Part shown: positions 57,965 through 64,000 of the stretch, piece by piece
Layout of the letters: each line of letters opens with the position of its first letter
How positions within the stretch are numbered: position 1 is the stretch's first letter
Assembly (NCBI GenBank): GCA_041736175.1
Contig: JBGSUI010000191.1
Location: forward strand, 32,001-96,000
DNA: 64,000 nt
Direction of reading: 5' to 3'
Origin: Oligoflexales bacterium
GTDB lineage: Bacteria > Bdellovibrionota_B > Oligoflexia > Oligoflexales > CAIYRB01
Translations under genes and position numbers: made by a program
The notes under the pieces: model-generated
Database searches by the model: none
What the model was told of the DNA's origin: nothing
What the model saw: the letters and a program-made list of their open reading frames with translations, nothing else

Positions 57965-58016
57965 TAAAAATGTTTAATGCTTTCCCTGCGACCCACAATT
58001 TTTAGGAGAGTCATCA

Positions 58017-58907
58017 ATGAATCGTCTTGCCCTTTTGTCCCTGTCCGCATTATTGCTGATGCCCGCAGTGGCGTGTCGGAAAACCAATACGACGGCTGAT
58101 AGCACTTTGCGAGTCCATGACGCAAAGGTAAACCAGAAAGACCTTCCGCTATGGTGCGAGTCGGGGGTCTCGGACCGAAGCCTCACCAAACTCATGGAGC
58201 TTTTCGACAAGTCACGTACACGTAAATTAAATACATCCGATCGTTATTACCTGTTTTACGATGAGTTACAGGAAGTAAGCGCACCCTCCTATCCAGAGGA
58301 CTATGGAAACGTGATCAACGTCTTCAGGGATTCGCTTCGGTCCTGGCTCAAGCCGCCGCAGGGCCAGGATGTTTTGTTGGACTTGCGAGAAAAAGGCTGG
58401 CACTTTTTTGAAGTCAACCAGCCCCCAAAGAGAGGGAACGTTCATCTGCGTGTTTACTTCCAGCCGAAAGATTTTGCTTCCTTTCAAGCAATATTTCGCG
58501 ACTTGGGCGCCGCGAAAAATCAATGGCTCGTACAGCTTATGGGCCAAGGTAAGTACATCCACGATAAACGGCACCTTGCACGGCGTGACGTCGTTGCGCT
58601 TATTTTCACCATGGATTATCATGATCAGGATAAAGTTTTTAAACAGATCGCTGCGATTACCGAGGGGCGTGTGATTCCGAATCAACCATACCTTGGCCGT
58701 CAGATCGTGCCAGGGGTGCAGGTGCTTCCCATTATCGATGAATTCACGAAGATAAGCGCCACACAGGGCCTACTCTTAGCCATTTTAGACCATTATGTTT
58801 GTGCGCTTCCGACAAAGGCAAATTTGAAGTTGGTGCTAGAGTCTGAGAAGGTGCAGCGAAGGCTACGCGTGGAGACGCCCCTATGTGCCGCCGGGAGAGC
58901 ACATTAA
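58017..58907 (+). CDS. Lipoprotein with a HopA1-effector-family-like domain
   Basis: Lipobox AVAC; LRVYFQP...GK...RRDVVAL...PYLGRQIVPGV. Confidence 0.55.
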   Translation: MNRLALLSLSALLLMPAVACRKTNTTADSTLRVHDAKVNQKDLPLWCESGVSDRSLTKLMELFDKSRTRKLNTSDRYYLFYDELQEVSAPSYPEDYGNVINVFRDSLRSWLKPPQGQDVLLDLREKGWHFFEVNQPPKRGNVHLRVYFQPKDFASFQAIFRDLGAAKNQWLVQLMGQGKYIHDKRHLARRDVVALIFTMDYHDQDKVFKQIAAITEGRVIPNQPYLGRQIVPGVQVLPIIDEFTKISATQGLLLAILDHYVCALPTKANLKLVLESEKVQRRLRVETPLCAAGRAH

Positions 58908-58968
58908 TCAGCGGGAGGGGTCCACGGTGCTTTCACTTTGCTCAAGGGTGAACTATGTCTTTTGGATT

Positions 58969-60093
58969 TTAGATCCCATAAACATCTTTGATTTGTTTGC
59001 TATCGCCTTTTGTCATGACATCTACCATAAGGCTTTCGATGGAATAAATGATGGCACTGCGTAGCATTTCGTTATTGTCAGAGGACGGCAACTCGATCTG
59101 ACTTGCAATCTCCTGGGTCTTAATCCCCGATTTTTGTACATACCCACACAGCTCCTGGTCTATGCCGCTTGTTTTGCTGATGCCGCATAATGTTCCAATG
59201 GCACGGAAACCCATGCCAAGGAGTAACAAAGTCCCACCCACAGGATCCTGGGCTAGTACTGCTGATTTTGCCTTATCTAAAAAGGATTTTACTGATGCCG
59301 TAGCTTCCTGAGAATCTACGGTGACAACCGACTCAAAGTTTTTTCGTAGAGTATTGAGGTTAACGCTAAAAGCCAGATCTTGTGTAAACTTAGATGAAGT
59401 CATGCGTGGATGAAGTCCAAGGGATGGCAAATTGAGACGCTCTCCTGCCTTATAACTCCCATGACCATCCGATCCTGAGGCTATCGCAGCGCTTCGGTAC
59501 CCTGTTTGGACGACCACCGATTGCCCAGAGACGTGGAGCATATTTGCGTTCCAATTTTCGGTCAGTTGGCTGATTTCAAACTTTGTAAGTCTGACATCGA
59601 TCGCCATTTCTTTAGGGTGGAGGGGGACAGGCTGCATTGCTTCGTCCTCGGTACCAAAGGGCAAGATGATGCAGCGGCCATAGTTGATTTTCCAAGCAAG
59701 CCCCTGAAGGAGTGGACGCGGAATCACACTGAGCTGTGTGTAGTTGAGGTAGTACTGGACGATGCCTGAGGTGCAGGCTTCGTGGAGAGTGGGATTTAGT
59801 TTTGTAGAGTCTTCTGCCAAGGACATAATCGAAAGCCCTAGGTCTTTGATCATGGTTGGTTTTGGAATCCGGAGGATGAGCGTAAAGCAGTGACCTGGTT
59901 TAAAGACTTGGTTTTTTGCGCACCAATCGCGATCGTAGGCGGCTGTTTTTTCAGCTGAAACAACAGAATCTAAGGGTGAATCGGACGGACTTAGGGAACC
60001 ACGGCAGCCGGTAAGTGCCAGGAAGAGGCTGGTAGTAGAGCTGATCAAGGTCAGATTCAGGGGGGATGTCATACCATTTCCATTCAGCTTCAA
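58969..60093 (-). CDS. Lipoprotein of unknown function
   Basis: Lipobox LTGC; 374-aa ORF with paired Cys. Confidence 0.72.
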   Translation of the reverse strand: MKLNGNGMTSPLNLTLISSTTSLFLALTGCRGSLSPSDSPLDSVVSAEKTAAYDRDWCAKNQVFKPGHCFTLILRIPKPTMIKDLGLSIMSLAEDSTKLNPTLHEACTSGIVQYYLNYTQLSVIPRPLLQGLAWKINYGRCIILPFGTEDEAMQPVPLHPKEMAIDVRLTKFEISQLTENWNANMLHVSGQSVVVQTGYRSAAIASGSDGHGSYKAGERLNLPSLGLHPRMTSSKFTQDLAFSVNLNTLRKNFESVVTVDSQEATASVKSFLDKAKSAVLAQDPVGGTLLLLGMGFRAIGTLCGISKTSGIDQELCGYVQKSGIKTQEIASQIELPSSDNNEMLRSAIIYSIESLMVDVMTKGDSKQIKDVYGI

Positions 60094-60135
60094 TAGGTTT
60101 ATCCTGTGCTGACCGATTCAGCACACAGAGACCTC

Positions 60136-60151
60136 TGCAAAAAAAGCTCCA
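60136..60151 (-). promoter_or_regulatory. sigma54 -24/-12 promoter
   Basis: TGGAGCTTTTTTTGCA, 42 nt before the start at 60093. Confidence 0.55.
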
Positions 60152-60172
60152 AGATCTAGCTAAAAAGTCTAA

Positions 60173-60874
60173 TTATTTGTTTAGTGGGCTCAAATTACAA
60201 ATAATTTTATACCCTCGGGCGATCGGTAGGTCGCTTTTGTTGTTGAGGGTAATGGTTTCTCGGAGGGTGTTGCCTTTAATCTTGTATTCCACTTTTTGTT
60301 CTTTGATCTCTTGGGATGAAGCCCGTAAATCTGCTACAGTATGGAGTCCTTGGGCACTGAGTCCGTCACGGCTTATTTTGAGGTTTCGGACGGCTCCGGA
60401 GATGTTTTCGGTCTTATGAATGGGTAAAAGACGATACTCCCTTATCACTTCGTCTTTGATGGGGAGGATGCAGTTTTCGTCGCTATAGTACTCCAAAATC
60501 TTTTTTTCTAATTTGTAGCTTCCGCTTTCTCCAGAATCGCTTTTACGGAAATAAAAACTTTCTATCTTTGAGTACGCTTTTGCAGCCCAATTTTCCCCTT
60601 TTGGTGCAGCCTTAAGTCTGGAGTCGAACTCCAAATAGGTAGGGCAGCACCCATGCCAACGGACCTTGTCGATATTGTCGGGGGATAGGCTGGGGTTTGT
60701 GTTTAGGGTTTGGTCATACTGTTCAAGGTTTTGACGGGAGGGGTCTGGATGATCGGATGATTCGGCAGTCTTTTCGGTCGGTGAATTTTTAGAGGTAAAA
60801 CCGCTATCATTGCAGGCATAGGTGCAGAATCCCAAGAAAAAAATTGAACCAGCCATTTTAATTTTAGAAGTCAT
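60173..60874 (-). CDS. Lipoprotein of unknown function
   Basis: Probable ATG 60874; lipobox TYAC; WHGCC...YYSDENC. Confidence 0.68.
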   Translation of the reverse strand: MTSKIKMAGSIFFLGFCTYACNDSGFTSKNSPTEKTAESSDHPDPSRQNLEQYDQTLNTNPSLSPDNIDKVRWHGCCPTYLEFDSRLKAAPKGENWAAKAYSKIESFYFRKSDSGESGSYKLEKKILEYYSDENCILPIKDEVIREYRLLPIHKTENISGAVRNLKISRDGLSAQGLHTVADLRASSQEIKEQKVEYKIKGNTLRETITLNNKSDLPIARGYKIICNLSPLNK

Positions 60875-60919
60875 TGGTTTTTGCAGTGGCCTCGCTGTTT
60901 GATATCTTATGGAAATAGC

Positions 60920-60935
60920 TGCAAAAATCATTCCC
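60920..60935 (-). promoter_or_regulatory. sigma54 -24/-12 promoter (variant)
   Basis: GGGAATGATTTTTGCA, 45 nt before ATG 60874. Confidence 0.45.
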
Positions 60936-60989
60936 CTTGACCCAAGTTAAGAGAGACCTGAAGTCAAATCTTTTTGGTCCCTTACTTGC

Positions 60990-61661
60990 TCACCACCTAA
61001 GACGCCAGTGGGCTAAAGTGAATGTAGGATTTTTGAGAGCCTGCTGCCGCCTATCTTTAAACGCCTCTGGCTCGTATTTTTCCATGGCTTTTTGTTTGTA
61101 GGGCTTGCTGTACTGGCTCAATCCTACATAAGCTGCGATAGAAAACGGAAGGTAGGCGATCAGCGGAATTTTGGTGTTCTTTGCGATGTGACTCCAGTCT
61201 CCTCCATAGCCGATCAGGTCTGAAAGGACATACATAGGCCACTCGATGGTTTGGAGGTCTATCATCGTCTCAAACATTTTTCTGTTGTGTTCATTGTCGA
61301 TCCTCGGCAAGAGGGGAGCCGTGGCTAAGACACCGATGATGGAAAATCCGGTCCCCATGACCGATATGAGGGTCCCGGCAGATTTGGTTGACAAAAAGGG
61401 TAAGATTCCCTTTGACGTGCGACCACCGACGATGACGCATCCAGGGCGAAAGTTTGCGCCACACATGGAAGGGTAGGGCTGAAAGGAAATCACCTCGAAG
61501 CCTCCAGCTTTTGCGGTGAGAGCATGTCCGGTCTCATGCCAAAAAATGCTGCCTATAATCCCGGTCACGGGACTCACACTAGGATCTATAGCCCAGGCAC
61601 GGCCCGTGGTCATAGATAGTATCGTTAGAAGGCTGAACATTTGGCGCAAGAAAGGCGTCAT
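60990..61661 (-). CDS. M50-like membrane zinc metallopeptidase
   Basis: HETGH within a hydrophobic segment; downstream GGDW. Confidence 0.7.
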   Translation of the reverse strand: MTPFLRQMFSLLTILSMTTGRAWAIDPSVSPVTGIIGSIFWHETGHALTAKAGGFEVISFQPYPSMCGANFRPGCVIVGGRTSKGILPFLSTKSAGTLISVMGTGFSIIGVLATAPLLPRIDNEHNRKMFETMIDLQTIEWPMYVLSDLIGYGGDWSHIAKNTKIPLIAYLPFSIAAYVGLSQYSKPYKQKAMEKYEPEAFKDRRQQALKNPTFTLAHWRLRW

Positions 61662-61680
61662 AGAGGTCTCAAGATAGCGG

Positions 61681-63693
61681 TTATTGCGGGAGTCTTGTCA
61701 GACGGATAAAAAGATCGAGGATAGGCCCATGAAGTGCAGGGTCGGCAAAAAAAGGTTTGCTTGCAAAAAACCAAAAATGGACTTTCTTTGATTTCCCCTC
61801 GTCTTGAACTCCTAGCCAACAGGTCTGATTTTGTGGCTCAGGCAGAACACCCTCTTTTTTAAGCGTCTGGATTTCATCGTCTGTTGGTGACCAAGGAGAA
61901 AGTCCAGTGGAGCAGGATGCCAGAGCTTTCTTTAGGATGGGTGGGAGTTCTCCATCGGGGTTAGAGTCGTCCAAGGTGGTCTCAAAAGCCAAGTCTTGCC
62001 CCGAGGGTGAGGTTTTCCAACTCATAAGGGTGGTCGTTTTATCATCCAGGTTGATCCCAAGTTGGCCTGTGGTCATCCCCCAGTCGAGAAACTTTGGACC
62101 GAGTTTTTTTGAGACTTGAATCCTAGATGTTCCTAAAGACACAAAAATTAGGGCTTCGTTAAGGCTCAACATAAGGTTTTGGGACCCATCCTTCCACTCG
62201 GGGAGAGACTGGTCTGCTGGGAGATCAAGGGAAAGAAGGGGGTCATCGTCAAGACTAAGAGGATCCACAGGAGGGTCCACAAGAGGATCCATGACATGAT
62301 CTATCACGGGATCTATTACAGGATCTTCCAATGGGGGTTCAACAATGTCCGCCTCGGCTGGAACCTCTGGGATAGGATTAAGGCTGTCTAATTCCCCTAT
62401 GGCATCATCGAGAAGATCGGGACTGACTAGGGACGCCTCGTGGTTTTCCAGGGAGAGGCTAGCATCATCTACACTTAGATCAGGCTCTGTAAGATCAGGC
62501 TCTGTAAGATCAGGCTCCGTAATCTCAGAATCCATAAAGTCTGAATCTGTCAGGTCTCCGGCTGGTGGTTCTTCTAAAGGCTCTGGGGACGCTAAGGCTG
62601 TGAGGTCGTCTAAATCATCTTTTGTTGCAAGAGAGGCCTCTTCGTTGGCTCCTGCAATCGCGTCAAGATCGAGATCCTGATCACCCCCATCACTCCCATC
62701 ATCTCCATCACCCCCATCATCTCCAAGACTATCAAGCAGTCCCTCTACGGGGGCCTCACCTTCCTCGGCTTCAAATTCACCGTCAAGATCAAAATCCCCA
62801 AGTTCGTCGGACTCGCTGAGGGTGTTGACATCGATTTTAGGAATCCCCGCGCCGCTCGGTGTAGGCCCCACGGCGAGGCTTTCCTCAACAGGTTCTTCAA
62901 AGGGTTCGGAATCATCCACTCCAGTAGGAGCCGGAGCTTTATCGTCGGGATCCTCTAGATCTAAACCACCGAGGTCATCGTCGATGTCCAAGCCTTCAAC
63001 TAATTCGTCACTCGCAGGTTCTGGAGTCTTCCTCGGGGCCACCGGAGTGGGTGGAGGTGCTTTAGGACTGGTGGCCGTAAAAGCCTGGCTGATGTCGGAG
63101 GGAGTGGAGGGTGGGGACGGGGTGGGGGATTCAGGCTGGGGTGGGGCGACCACTCCAAGTCTTTTTATGGGCACGGAGATGTTTTCTCGAATGGCGATCC
63201 GGCGACTAGCAGCGGCTGCATGGTTTTCGATAAAGTTTTCGAGGGTGGAATGTCTAGGATGGTAGCTTTGGATCATTTTTTTCAGACAGCTTCTGATTTG
63301 CGACTGGGTTGAAATGACGGGATGGACTTTGAGTTCGGAAAAAAACTCCAACTGATTGATGGTCTCCAGGTCTAAAGGATCCACCATAGCCACGTGAATG
63401 GTTTTTTGGTCCCGTTTAAGGGGAAACACTTCGAGGAGTTGCAAGAGGGCACTATCAAAGATCGTCCATACATCTTGATTACTTTCGGAGAAGAGATCCT
63501 TTTTAGCGATCTTCCAGCGGGTTTTTTCTGCCAAAAAAGAGGCCAGTTCGTTTTCGTCGAGGAGGCCCATGGCTAAGACTCCTCGGGCAAAAGCAGCTCC
63601 CCCCTGTCCACTGATTTGGCGGACAGTCCTCCGATCTGATTCCGTCAGAAGCCCTTCGCTTACGAGCATTGCTCCGAGTTGGGATGTACCCAT
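61681..63693 (-). CDS. MshEN/T2SSE_N-domain protein without an ATPase domain, with a long acidic disordered region
   Basis: QLGAMLVSEGLL...GLLDENEL...VFPL...IHVAMVDPLD; no Walker motifs; about 300 aa rich in Pro/Asp/Glu/Leu. Confidence 0.82.
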   Translation of the reverse strand: MGTSQLGAMLVSEGLLTESDRRTVRQISGQGGAAFARGVLAMGLLDENELASFLAEKTRWKIAKKDLFSESNQDVWTIFDSALLQLLEVFPLKRDQKTIHVAMVDPLDLETINQLEFFSELKVHPVISTQSQIRSCLKKMIQSYHPRHSTLENFIENHAAAASRRIAIRENISVPIKRLGVVAPPQPESPTPSPPSTPSDISQAFTATSPKAPPPTPVAPRKTPEPASDELVEGLDIDDDLGGLDLEDPDDKAPAPTGVDDSEPFEEPVEESLAVGPTPSGAGIPKIDVNTLSESDELGDFDLDGEFEAEEGEAPVEGLLDSLGDDGGDGDDGSDGGDQDLDLDAIAGANEEASLATKDDLDDLTALASPEPLEEPPAGDLTDSDFMDSEITEPDLTEPDLTEPDLSVDDASLSLENHEASLVSPDLLDDAIGELDSLNPIPEVPAEADIVEPPLEDPVIDPVIDHVMDPLVDPPVDPLSLDDDPLLSLDLPADQSLPEWKDGSQNLMLSLNEALIFVSLGTSRIQVSKKLGPKFLDWGMTTGQLGINLDDKTTTLMSWKTSPSGQDLAFETTLDDSNPDGELPPILKKALASCSTGLSPWSPTDDEIQTLKKEGVLPEPQNQTCWLGVQDEGKSKKVHFWFFASKPFFADPALHGPILDLFIRLTRLPQ
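62477..62521 (-). repeat. 3 x 15-bp coding repeat (TEPDL)
   Basis: agatcaggctctgta x3 on the plus strand. Confidence 0.9.
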
Positions 63694-63905
63694 TGATTTT
63701 TTGGGACCTCAAAAAAAAGGGGGCAGACTATTAAACGTGTGTAGGTGAGGAGTTGTGAGGGGGACTTTTCGTATTTTATCATAATTGGGGTAAGCTGTGG
63801 CAAGATTTCATCCCTACAACTAACCATCTGAAATAACAAAACTAAGAGGTGCCTTTAGGGCTTATATGGGGCCCCTAAAAGAGAACCTCTAAAAAATTAT
63901 GGCCT

Positions 63906-63933
63906 TTGCAACCCAGTTTCAGGGATTTACAAT
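63906..63933 (+). promoter_or_regulatory. sigma70-type promoter candidate pointing out of the window
   Basis: TTGCAA-N16-TACAAT. Confidence 0.4.
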
Positions 63934-64000
63934 GGTCCCCAATCCTTACCAAGCATTGACGCTCGGCAGGAAGGGCTATAGCGGCAACCTTTTTTTGCAA

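Noticed and set aside
63845..64000. Hairpin AGAGGT..TTTAGGG..CCCTAAA..ACCTCT and downstream CAGGAAGG as SRP or 6S RNA
   Set aside because: No match to the SRP core motif; window edge prevents assessment

Overview
Bacterial chromosomal DNA of moderate GC, densely coding. I found no rRNA, tRNA, CRISPR array, integrase or transposase. Housekeeping genes (MoxR-DUF58-vWA operon, pta, thyA, mnmG, mce, serA, lysine 6-aminotransferase, lspA, fur-family regulator, tatC, polA, gltA) are interleaved with many orphan lipoproteins and outer-membrane beta-barrel proteins. Also present are a Tat-exported HiPIP, an orphan Flp pilin, c-di-GMP-related proteins (EAL; MshEN-like) and two decayed HigA toxin-antitoxin loci. 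The gene content suggests Bdellovibrionota/Oligoflexia, but that is an inference. The most notable signals are: (1) six sigma54-type -24/-12 sites, each 40-70 nt upstream of an exported protease or lipoprotein, and eleven sigma28/FliA-type sites with a constant 15-nt spacer in front of a mostly different set of envelope and signalling genes; (2) a 54-bp imperfect direct repeat bracketing a broken nucleotidyltransferase and an N-terminally extended HigA, with a perfect 13-bp inverted repeat at its start; (3) a bacterial Tsr3-like aminocarboxypropyltransferase directly behind a protein that is about half Asp/Glu; (4) a HopA1-like lipoprotein; (5) a membrane HisKA-only protein with no ATPase domain, paired with a stand-alone receiver. 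All family assignments come from motif recognition by eye, not from database searches.
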